A stretch of 64,000 nt of DNA from an uncultured Gemmatimonadales bacterium. GTDB taxonomy: Bacteria > Gemmatimonadota > Gemmatimonadetes > Palauibacterales > Palauibacteraceae. The DNA is taken from positions 32,001 to 96,000 of the forward strand of contig CAWANJ010000002.1 in NCBI GenBank assembly GCA_963783385.1. The letters are read 5' to 3'. A program made the translations under genes and the position numbers. Below the pieces are notes generated by a model. That model saw only the letters and a list, made by a program, of their open reading frames with translations, made no database searches and was not told where the DNA came from. Of the stretch, positions 30,370 through 40,301 are shown one piece after another; the first letter of the stretch is position 1, and each line of letters begins with the position of its first letter.

Positions 30370-31178
30370 CACTCAGGCCGACCGAGAGTGGCCACGTCTG
30401 TGACGGAACGCTCATGGCTTTCCTCGATGAAGAGCTCAAGGCAGCGCAACGGGCCGCCGTGGGCCGCCATGTGCACGCGTGCCGTGCATGCGGCGAGCGG
30501 CTGGCACGGCTGCGGACCGCGTCTAACCAGCTGTCTGGGGCGCTCCCAGCCCTGCACGACGATCCGGTCCTGCCAGCAGACGCCGTCTCCTTATCCCTGA
30601 CTCCTCGCGCATTGACCGGGCGGCAGGGCCGGACGGGCCAAGCGCCGCGGAGTCGACGACGGCCCGTCAGCCCGCGTCGTCGGTGGCGGGCCGGTGTGTG
30701 GGCAGCAGCGCTGGTCGTTCTCTCCGCCGGAGCCCTGGCAGCTTTCCCCGGCTCCCCGGTGCACACCTGGCTGTCCCGGAAGCTAGGCGACCTGGCGCGA
30801 GGACAGTCGGCCGCCGCGCGTGGCTCTCCAACGCCGCCGCCGCCCGTGGTCTCCATCCTTCCCTACGAGGGATCGGTCACCGTACGACTCACCGGCACCA
30901 CGTCCGCAACCCACGTCCATGTGCGGCTCGTGGCAGGCACCGAAGCCCGCGTCGAAGCGCCGGGCGCCACTTTCCGAGCGGGCCCTGGATTTGTAGACGT
31001 TTCGGAAGGGAGTGAAAGCGAACATATCACAATCGACCTCCCGCGAAGCGTCCGGTCCGCCCGCGTGGAAATCGACGGAAGGCTGGCGGTGATCAAGGAT
31101 GGGGAGCTCCTCCGGCGTGTGGGAGCAGCCACGGGAACAAGCGACAGCTCCGTTGAGCTCGGGGGAGGAGTGCCATGA
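30366..31178 (+). CDS. zf-HC2 membrane anti-sigma factor
   Basis: HVHACRAC zinc motif, one TM segment, periplasmic domain; ATGA overlap with sigma gene. Confidence 0.88.
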   Translation: MTLRPTESGHVCDGTLMAFLDEELKAAQRAAVGRHVHACRACGERLARLRTASNQLSGALPALHDDPVLPADAVSLSLTPRALTGRQGRTGQAPRSRRRPVSPRRRWRAGVWAAALVVLSAGALAAFPGSPVHTWLSRKLGDLARGQSAAARGSPTPPPPVVSILPYEGSVTVRLTGTTSATHVHVRLVAGTEARVEAPGATFRAGPGFVDVSEGSESEHITIDLPRSVRSARVEIDGRLAVIKDGELLRRVGAATGTSDSSVELGGGVP

Positions 31179-33473
31179 CGCGGCTCCTCCTCGCGGTGCT
31201 GATCGTACCGCTTCCGGCACGTCCAGCGCTTGGTGCGTGGTTGGAGGCGTCGACTGCGATGCGTTCCGTCTATGGGGGTCAGGGGAGCCTATCGACGCCA
31301 CCGGCCGGTTCAGCCCCGTCAGCAGCCCACGCCGATACAACCGCAGGCAGTATCGCCGGGCGCCTATCCGCCAACGGAAGTGGCCCCCCGCTGGCCTCGG
31401 CGACCGTCGAGGCCCAGGGCCCGGGCGGCTCCCGCGTGATCCATGCGAACGTGGACGGCGTCTACCGAATCTTGGGACTCAAGCCCGGAGTGTGGTGGCT
31501 AAGCGCGCGCGCCCTCGACTACGCCTCGACGAAGGTCGCGGTTACACTTCCCGCGGGCGGCCACGTGAAGCTCAACCTCGCTCTTGACCTCCAGCCCGTA
31601 ACTCTGCCGAGCCTGAAGGTCGCAGCAAAGCGCCGATGTGTCGGCGGCACGCTCCGCATTCGGGAATGGGAACCCGCTCGAAGCAGCGCAGGCGGCAGAC
31701 CTCCTGAGCCTCAGCCCGGCTAGCGCCTCCGCGACGGTTGACCTCTCCACAGCGGCACGCGGCGTCTTAGCTGGGGCGCCGCAGACGAAGGCGAGCACCC
31801 TCTTCATGCCGGCGGCAGCGCGGAATGGCGGACGAGTCCTGCTGGACGGGGCGCCGGTTGTGGCTCCCGTGGAGCTTGCCGGACTCCTGTCACCTTTCCC
31901 GGCCGGGGTCTGGGGCACGGTACAGCTCGATCGGGCCGGCGCGCCCGTTCGTTTCGAGGCAGGCGGCATGGGCCTCCTCCGCCTCGACACCCGGGAGCCG
32001 AGAGGCCACGCGATCCGAGCGTCCGGCTCCCTGGGGCAGCTGCAATCAACCCTGCAGGCTGCGGGTCCTCTAGGAGAGGGCGACTTCCTCGTCGGTGCCC
32101 GGGCGCTGAGCGCGGCCGGTTCCGCTTTTCCAACCGGCTCGAGAGGCTCATTGCCCTACGGGTACGCGGACGTGCTGGCCCGCCTGGACCTTCCGGCTGG
32201 CCCGGGCAGGGTGTCTGCGACGGGCTACTGGAACCGCGAGTCGCTCAGCGGCCCCGGATCGGCCAGCGCTTCGCTCCTGGCGTGGGGAAACACTGCAGGG
32301 TCCGTCCGCTATGTGGTACCTATCGGCCGGGGCGGCATGCGACTGAACGCGGCAGCCGGACGATTCCGGATCGCCGTGCCAGGGGGTAACGCAGAAGCCA
32401 AACTTCGGGAACACTCATTCGATGCACGAGCCGAGGCGGAGGTCTTTGGCCGCGCGGGTCCGGTGGACGTGACCGGCGGCCTCGCGTGGGACGGGGTGCG
32501 GCTGTCGCGCACGGCCCTCGACTCCGCCGATGGCGCGCCGCCCGTTCCTGGGGCCAACCTGGCGGGCGGCGTCGTATCACCCTATCTGGAGGTCAACGTC
32601 GACCTGACCCCGGCCCTCTCTCTGCGAACCGGTCTGCGGGCCGAGGCCGCCAGCTACGGCGCCCTCGGCTGGGACCCAAGGGCCACTCTGGAGTGGCGTG
32701 CGGGACCCCGGCTATCCGTGTACGCAGCCGCCGGGCGTTCGCACCAGCTCGTGGAGCGTGAAAGCGTCACGGGCTGTGATCCGGCCTCAGGGGTTTGCGG
32801 AGCGAGCAGCCTGTTCCTCGACGGAGCAAGCCATGTGGCTGCCGGCTTCAAAGCCCGGCCGTCGGTCCCGTTGACCCTCGGCCTCGATATGTACTTGGCA
32901 AACTACGGGGAGGCCGTCACCGCTCTGCGGGCCAGGTCAATCGGAGCTGAGATCCGCGGAACGTGGCGAGGGGACGGCTGGAGCACGTGGCTCGACTACT
33001 CGCTGGCCAGCACCCGGTCGTCTGAGCCACTCGGGATCGGCGGCGGCGCAGCACAGTTGGAGCAGCGACTCCTCGCTGGCTTCTCCGCCGAGATTCCCCC
33101 GGCCATCCACGTGGCGCTCCGGCTCCGGGTGAGCGCCGGCTTACCATACACTCCCCTTCCGATAGTGGGCTCGACATCTTCCGCAGGTGCGGGGTCCGGA
33201 TATCCCTGGCCCGTAATAAGTCCCCCGGGCTCCGGCGGACAGCCGTCCGCACTCGCACTGCCGGGATCATGGGCGCGGCTAGACGGAACGGTCTCTCGAA
33301 GCTGGCACGCCCGCGTCTTCGGCGCCGACGTGATGCTCACTCCCTACCTTGAGGTCCTGAACGCCGCCGGAACAAGAGACGCGCCGTTCTACTGGAGCCG
33401 CTCCGGCGCTGCGCAGCGATCAATTGGTGCCGTGCCGCTCCTGGCGGCTGTCGGCGTGCGCTGGGGACTCTAG
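31175..33473 (+). CDS. TonB-dependent receptor-like protein with carboxypeptidase-regulatory N-domain; frameshift at about 31630
   Basis: signal peptide, G.I.G...DG.YRI.GL.PG, plug-like LLDGAPV..P, barrel motifs (GLRAE, WDPR), C-terminal VGVRWGL. Confidence 0.75.
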
Positions 33474-33647
33474 GACGGAACGGCCCGTCGTCGAATCTGT
33501 CGGCTCGAACCTCAGGAAGGCGGCTCTCCCAATGAGAGAGCTCCGAGCTTCCGTTCGGAGCTTCCCGGCTGTGAGCCGGCACGAACGACGGTCGGGTCCG
33601 GTGTACAGAACAGCCTTCGGTTGCGCCGGTGCTTGCTCTCACCGGAC

Positions 33648-33917
33648 TCAATCGCAACTACATCTAATCCGAAGCGACAGATACGAGATTCTCGGTACTC
33701 GCGAAGGTGCCAATCGTCGATCCTCCTGAATTGTCACTACGGAGTGCAGTTTCCGGGCAGTATTGGCACGGGGGAACCTCATGCACCGCCTGCAACGCCG
33801 CAGTCCCAACTGAGAATGGAAGCCAACCTCACGACAGTACTGGGCCCGAGCGGCGCGGACTGGCACCACGAGGGCCACGCTCATCAACGCCATGGCCAGA
33901 ATCTGAATGGCACGCTT
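33648..33917 (-). pseudogene. decayed small secreted-peptide gene, homologous at the 5' end to 36739-36945
   Basis: KRAIQILAMALMSVALVVPVRAARAQYC signal-peptide-like segment; the initiator ATG seen in the other copy is lost. Confidence 0.5.
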
Positions 33918-34054
33918 CCCGATACCCTACTCACCAAGGTGTCGAGCTCACACTCTCGATCAAGTCCTGTGAAATCGGAAACGTGTCAACTCGGAGGCGG
34001 TCCGAGCCGTACGGCCCCGACGCATTGCGAACCGACACCGCCGGGCTCCGCCCC

Positions 34055-34400
34055 TCAGCCCCCCGGCACCACCAGCCCGATCCCCTTCGAGGCCATGGCC
34101 GCGTTGAAGGCCGGCACGGTCGTGCCCACGAGCCGCTCGAAGTCGGCCCGCGCCTTCTCCAGCCGCCCTTCGAGGAGGTGGAAGACCTCGATGTCCTGCG
34201 TGGTGGGTGCGAGGTCGGGGCTCCCGGCCACGTCGCCCGCGCCGTCGCCCACCTCGCCGGCCAGCCACACGAGCTTGAGGTAGAGCTTCATCTCGGCCGG
34301 ATACGTCTTGACGTCCCCGGCGGCCAGGTAGCGCTGGAACAGGAGGTCCTCGACGGCGAGCGCGCTGTCGTCCACGGCCCGGGCGGCCTCCATGACCGAC
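34055..34400 (-). repeat. orphan copy of the 3' end of the VPS10 glycosyl hydrolase gene (37083-37428)
   Basis: gap-free alignment, about 20 substitutions, 4 amino acid changes; weaker similarity continues past the stop to about 33880. Confidence 0.97.
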
Positions 34401-34647
34401 AGGGAAGCTGCTCCTGGCCTACGGGACCACGGACGACAACGTGCCGCCCTACAACACGCTGCTCGTCGTGGACTCGCTCATCGCGGCGGGCAAGGACTTC
34501 GACCTCATCGCGCTGCCCAACCGGCGGCACGGCTTCGGGGCCGAGCCCTACATGGTCCGCCGGCGGTGGGACTACTTCGTCCGAAACCTCCTGGGCGCCG
34601 AGCCCCCGCACGAGTTCCGGATCGGGGAGGAACGCGGGGAGGAGTAG
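34401..34647 (+). repeat. orphan copy of the 3' end of the S9B peptidase gene (27354-27600)
   Basis: gap-free alignment; 13 synonymous changes, 1 core amino acid change plus a variable tail; same stop position. Confidence 0.97.
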
Positions 34648-34683
34648 GATAGGATGTTCTGGTCTGCACCCGCTACGGAGCGT

Positions 34684-35514
34684 CTAGCCTGGAGGAGCGC
34701 CCGTATAGGATTTCAGCCAGAGGACGATGGCACCGCAGCGCATCGACACCTCGGTGGTCAGCTCGGGCGGAAGCTGGTCGGGCGGGTAGATCTCGACGGC
34801 GGTCACGTCGTACTTGGGGTAATAATCGGCGGGGCGCCCGGTCACGGTCTGGGCGCGGTTCCTGAGCCAGTCGGCTCGCCGACCATTCACAAAGTACTGG
34901 GGCTCGCAGTACTTGCCCAGCGGCCGACGCATCTTCGTGCCGGGGCCGTAGACGTTGCGGGTGGCCAGCAGCGTGCCCAGCTCACCGTGATAGCGCTCAA
35001 TGTCCCGCTCCGTGACGAGCTGCCCTCGGCCCGCCGCCACGCGTCGCTCGAACCTTTCCAGTGCGCCGGGCGTTCCGCGCACAGTGGCCCGGAGCTCCTC
35101 TTGAGGTATCGGCTTGACGGGAACTTCAATGTCGGCCGTGAGGGTCTCTCCGGGGCGCAGGGTGGTCCCACGCTGCACCGGGGCCGACCCGAGGAAGTCG
35201 ACCTCGATCGTGATCCGTCCCGGCTTCACGTCGGCGAACCGGTAGCGCCCATCCTTGCCGGTGAACGCAGTCCGCTCTCGATCGACAAGCTCCACCCGTG
35301 CCCCCTCGACCGGCGAGTGGAAGTCCGCTCGCGTGATCGTGCCCTGGACGACGGCTCCCGTGTCGATCGCCGCCTTCCAGCCTCCGATCGCGGCTCTCCG
35401 CGGCGCACGGACGGCGCGCAGCGCGGGAGCGCCCGTGAGGATTATGCTGGCTACGGCGGCGACCGAAGCTATTCCGAGCGACGGCGACCAACTGGGGTGC
35501 CTCGGGAGCCTCAA
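34684..35514 (-). CDS. carboxypeptidase-regulatory-domain protein with plug-like C-domain
   Basis: G.V.GTI....PVEGARV, TGKDGRYRF..V.PG, F.RR...G.G...T..DI, AVEIY, CGAIVLW. Confidence 0.8.
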   Translation of the reverse strand: MRLPRHPSWSPSLGIASVAAVASIILTGAPALRAVRAPRRAAIGGWKAAIDTGAVVQGTITRADFHSPVEGARVELVDRERTAFTGKDGRYRFADVKPGRITIEVDFLGSAPVQRGTTLRPGETLTADIEVPVKPIPQEELRATVRGTPGALERFERRVAAGRGQLVTERDIERYHGELGTLLATRNVYGPGTKMRRPLGKYCEPQYFVNGRRADWLRNRAQTVTGRPADYYPKYDVTAVEIYPPDQLPPELTTEVSMRCGAIVLWLKSYTGAPPG

Positions 35515-36718
35515 GACCCCGCACCTTCAGCCTGCCCTGTGCCTCGGCCCGGGCCCGCGTTCAGCTCCGGCGCCAGGACCTGCAATCGCGTGTCTCCGGC
35601 CGAGGTCTGCACCACGCTGAAGGCGAGGCTGGTGCCGCAAACGCTCCCCAGCACCGAGTCGACGCGGCGCCGGGCCAGCACCCTGGGTGGTCCGGCGCCA
35701 GCGATGTCCAGCACCTCGACGATCGTGTCGAACTGGCCTCGGAAGAAGCGTGGGGAAGTCGGCTTTGGGTCCGCAGTCGCCCAGTGAGCGTCCGGAATCA
35801 GCGCATACACCCAAAGTCGGCCCTGGTTGTCCAGCGCGAGCGCGTTCATCATGGCGGGAGGCGGACCCAAAGTATAGAGATCGCTGAGCCGCTTCGGCGA
35901 GAGGTCCTGTGTCGTGGGAAACCAGTCAGCGCGTCGAATTAGGACCCGCGTGACTGCACGGTCGTCGGACCAATGATAGAGTGCGTAGCGCCATAGGCCC
36001 GCGGCCCAAAAACCGCCCTGCTGATCGGGTGCGAGAATCCATTGGTCCAGCGGTCGTAGCCGGGACGATGGCTCCCCAAACGACGCAGGGTGTCCCCGGA
36101 CGGATCGAGGAGTTCAAAGAGGCGCGTGTCGCCCTCGCTCGCTCCCAGCGGACGGCTGTGGACGAGGATGGTATCGGGCCCGATCAAGGCCAGGTCACTC
36201 ACGGGTCGACGAGTGCGGAACAGATGGGCCACCCGGCCCGCCAATGTCAGGGTGACCATCCGTGCGTTCGAGTTGTCGGCCACATATAGCGTGTCCCCGC
36301 GGCCGACCAGCACCCTTAGGTGCGAGCCAAATTCACGCGGTCCTGCCCCCGGGCCTCCAATGTCTCGAGAGAAGCGCCCGTGACGACTGTAGACGGCAAG
36401 CTGACCGCCTCCTACTATGGCGCTAACGACGAAGCGGCCCGATCCAAGCCGTCCAACGGAGCAGGCGCGGAACGGTGCGTCCGCCATGATAGAGGCCGGA
36501 TCCTCGGAGCTCCCAAGTTGCACGACCGAATCCAACGTGATCGACCCGGCCAGCCGCTGTGCTGTTTCGACCAAGGCAGGCCTGACGTCCGTGTGGAAAC
36601 GGCTGTTGCCAGGCTGTGTGTCAGGTGGTGTCGAACGACCACATGCGGTGGATAGTAGACTGAGGCCAGTCCCAGCAAGACAGAGAGCCCTCGGTCCCCT
36701 ACAAATGAATCCGAGCAT
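35511..36718 (-). CDS. 6-bladed beta-propeller lipoprotein; frameshift at about 36060
   Basis: lipobox STAC, IGGPGAGPREF, GDTLYVAD; continues in another frame LDQWILAPDQQGGFW...DNQGRLWV...DTIVEVLD. Confidence 0.78.
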
Positions 36719-36738
36719 TCCGCGAAGGATGCGGGCGC

Positions 36739-36945
36739 CTAGTGGGTGGGGTCTAGCAGATGTCTGGGCCCCGGAACTTCCTCCGGCCCTCCCACTCGGC
36801 GGCATGTAGATGTGGATGGGCAACCGCACTCTCCCGGGACGGCCCACCACTCGCGTCGTGAATCCCACTGAAATTCTAGGGGCGAACCAACGCCCTGAGA
36901 TACCTTCATCAACGCCATAGCCAGAATCCAAATGGCTCGCTTCAT
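36739..36945 (-). CDS. small peptide with hydrophobic N-terminus and three Cys (possibly decayed)
   Basis: MKRAIWILAMALM; lies downstream of a TTGACA element and upstream of the propeller gene. Confidence 0.45.
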   Translation of the reverse strand: MKRAIWILAMALMKVSQGVGSPLEFQWDSRREWWAVPGECGCPSTSTCRRVGGPEEVPGPRHLLDPTH

Positions 36946-37082
36946 GGCAGTCTTCTTACCGAAGGGTTGACCTCAACCCATCTTCATCAATTTCGACAAA
37001 TTTGACAATGTGTCAACACCGACCCGGTCCAAACCCACTCCACTCCGACGCATTGCGAGTCGATATCGTCGGGCGCCGCCCC

Positions 37083-40000
37083 TCAGGCCCCCGGCACCAC
37101 CAGCCCGATGCCCTTCGACTCCATGGCCGCGTTGAAAGCCGGAACGGTCGTGCCCACGAGGCGCTCGAAATCGGCCCGCGCCTTCTCGAGCCGCCCCTCG
37201 AGGAAGTGGAACACCTCCACGTCCTGCGTGGTGGGGGCGAGGTCGGGACTCCCGGCCACGTCGCCGGCGCCGTCGCCGACCTCGCCGGCCAGCCACACGA
37301 GCTTGAGGTAGAGCTTCATCTCGGCCGGGTAGGTCTTGACGTCCCCGGCGGCCAGGTAGCGCTGGAACAGGAGGTCCTCGACGGCGAGCGCGCTGTCGTC
37401 CACGGCCCGGGCGGCCTCCATGACCGACGCCGAGTCGGCCCGGCCCTGCAGACTCACCGGCAGGTCCTCGATCTGCTTCCGGACGACCTCGGTGCGGTTG
37501 ATCATGCTCACCACCGCGTCAATGTCGTCGTACACGGCCTTCCACAGCTTCGTCTGCGCCCGGACGTCCGCGAGCGTGCCGGTCGTGTTCGGGTCCTTGA
37601 GGACCGTGAGCGGGGCGGCGAGCGTGTCGCCCCCGGCCGTCACCGTTACCGTGTACGTTCCCGGGTCCACCAGCGGACCCAGCTTCGGGAGGCTCGATCC
37701 CCCAGTGGTAGATCTCGCGCGTGTTCTTTCCGCGGAAGCGCTTCTCCTCCCAGACGTGGCGGGTGCGCGGCGGGCGTGGTGCGGAGCTTCACCTCGCGCG
37801 TGGGCGGCTAGCGGAGGTCCCACCACACGCGGTCGATCCCGGCCTCCCCGGGGCCGGTCAGGCGCCGCACGACCCGGCCCGAGTCATCGGCGATCGTGAC
37901 CCGCACCGGCCCCGTCGCCTTCGACGCCGAGGAAGTAGTCGATGTCGGCCCCGTAGGGCGGGTTCCGGCCCCGCGAGCGGTCGTTGGGCACCCCGCGCGG
38001 CGTGCTCACGGTGCGGAAGCGGTAGGCGTCGCGCGGCCGGAACAGGTGCGCGCTGCGAGGCGAGCACGGCCGGCGTGAGCTGCTCCAGGGGCGAGATGTC
38101 GTCCAGGATGTAGAGGCCGCGCCCCTTGGTGGCGACCACCAGGTCGTGGAAGTGGCTCTGCACCGTGAGCCAGGTGACCGGCGCGGGCGGGAGCCCGCTC
38201 ATGAGCCTGGTCCAGTGCGCGCCGTCGTCGGGCGACACGTACAGGGCGTCCTCGGTGCCGGCGTACAGGAGCCCGGCCCGCACCGGGTCCTCGCGCACCA
38301 CGTGCACGTAGCTCAGGGGCGAGGCCGGGATGCCGGCGCTCAGCTTCTTCCAGCTCTTCCCGTAGTCGTCGGTCTCGTAGATGTAGGGCCGGCGGTCGTC
38401 CACCTGGTGGAAGTCGACGGAGATGTACGCCTTGCCCCTTGCTGGTGCAGGGAGGGGTCGATGTTGCTGATCGTGCCCCACGGCGGCAGGTCCGGGATGT
38501 CGGGGGTCACGTTCGTCCAGTGCGCCCCGCCGTCCCGGGTCACGTGCACGAGCCCGTCGTTGCTCCCGGCCCAGATGACGCCCGCCTCGAGCGGCGACTC
38601 GGCGATCGCGAACAGGGTGCCGCCGTACTCGACCCCCAGGTTGTCGGGGGTGAGGCCGCCCGAGCTCCCCATGCGGCTCGTGTCGTCCAGGGTGAGGTCG
38701 GGGCTGATCACCTTCCAGCTCCGCCCTCCGTTCGTGGTCTCGTGCACGACCTGGCTGCCCACGTACACGTGGCTCGGGTCCTCGGGCGAGAGAGCGATGG
38801 GCTGCGTCCAGTTCCACCGGTACTTGAGCACCCTGGCCGGCGAGTCCAGCGACTTGTCGGGCCACGGGCTCACGGACTGCCTGTGGCCGGTCTTCAGGTC
38901 GAAGCGCTCCACCTCGCCCGAGTAGCAGCCGCCCCACACCCAGCGGCCGCTCACCGTGTCGGGCCACGTGAAGCCCGACTCGCAGCCGGCCGTCGTGGTC
39001 CAGATGGCCGAGGAGATCCCGCCCCCGGTGAGGCTGTTGCTGGGCCCCCGCACGGAGCCGTCGTCCTGCATGTTGCTGTACACGAAGTAGGGGACCCGAT
39101 TGTCCACCGCCACGTGGTACATCTGCCCGATGGGGAGCACGATGGGGTTCCAGGAGCGGCCCCGGTCCACGCTGATCATGACGCCGCCGTCGTAGCCGAT
39201 CATCATGCGGCGGGGGTCCTGCGGGTCGGCCCACATGTCGTGGTCGTCCCCGCCCCACGGAACCCGCTGGATCGTCTCGCCGCCGTCGTGGGTGACGTAC
39301 ATGTAGTTCGAGGGGAACCACACGGTGCCCGCGTCGTCGGGGGCGATCAGCATGCGCGTGTAGTAGTGGGGGCGCTCGTCGATGAGCCGGTTCCAGCTCA
39401 CGATCCGCCAGCGGTGGCCGCCGTCGTCGGAGCGCCACAGGGAGCCCGCCCCGCCCGTCTCGATGAGCGCGTACACGCGGCTCGGGTCGCTGCGGGCCAC
39501 GGCCACGTCGATCTTGCCGACGGGGGAGGGGGGCAGGCCGTCCTCCGCGCCCAGCCGGCTCCAGTGGTCGCCGCCGTCCCGGGTCACGAACACGCCGCTC
39601 CCGGGGCCGCCCGAGTCCTGCCCCCAGGTGTGGATCACGAACTGCCAGGTGCCGGCGAACAGGACGTCCGGGTCGTGGGGGTCGAGGGCGAGCCCCGAGC
39701 AGCCGGTGTGCTCGTCGACGAACAGGACCTTCTTCCAGGTGCGGCCGCCGTCCTCGGTGCGGTACACGCCGCGCTCGGGCTGCTCGCCGTAGCCCCGCCC
39801 CATGGCGCAGGCGTACACGCGGTCCGGGTCGCGCGGGTCGATCACGATGCGCCCGATGCGGCCGGTGGCCTCGAGCCCCATGTGGTGCCAGGTGCGGCCG
39901 CCGTCGGTCGACTTGTAGATCCCGTCGCCCAGGGAGACGTTGCTCCGGATGAAGGGCTCGCCCGTCCCCACCCACACGGTGCTCGGCCGGCCCGGGTCGA

Positions 40001-40301
40001 CCGCGATCGAGCCGATGGACTGGACGTCGGTCGAGTCGAAGATGGGCCGCCAGTGGGCGCCGGCATCGGTGGACTTCCACACGCCGCCCGAGGCGGCGCC
40101 CACGTAGTAGACGTTCGGGTTCCCGGGCTCGCCCACCACCGCGCTCACCCGGTTGCCGCCCGGCCCGATGAAGCGGTAGCGGAGCTGCTGCAGGTGGGAG
40201 GGATCGAGCTGCTGGGCGGCGGCCGGGGAGGGGCGGAGCAGCGCCGGCATGGCGAGAACGGCGGCCGCCGCGAGGAGAGCCGGCAGGCGCGCGCCCCTCA
40301 T
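37083..40301 (-). CDS. VPS10/BNR repeat glycosyl hydrolase-like exported protein; several frameshifts
   Basis: YRFIGPGGNRVSAV, GGVWKSTD, GDDHDMW, YRWNWTQPI, NPPYGA; frame breaks at about 38440, 38050 and 37830-37920. Confidence 0.88.

Noticed and set aside
34055-34647. Duplicated gene 3' ends as diversity-generating retroelement template/variable repeats
   Set aside because: Differences are mostly synonymous C/G swaps rather than adenine-specific, and no reverse transcriptase is present in the window.
27600-37083. Prophage, IS element or integron
   Set aside because: No integrase, transposase, phage genes, terminal inverted repeats or convincing attC structures; the GTGTCAAC motifs fit TTGACA -35 elements better.
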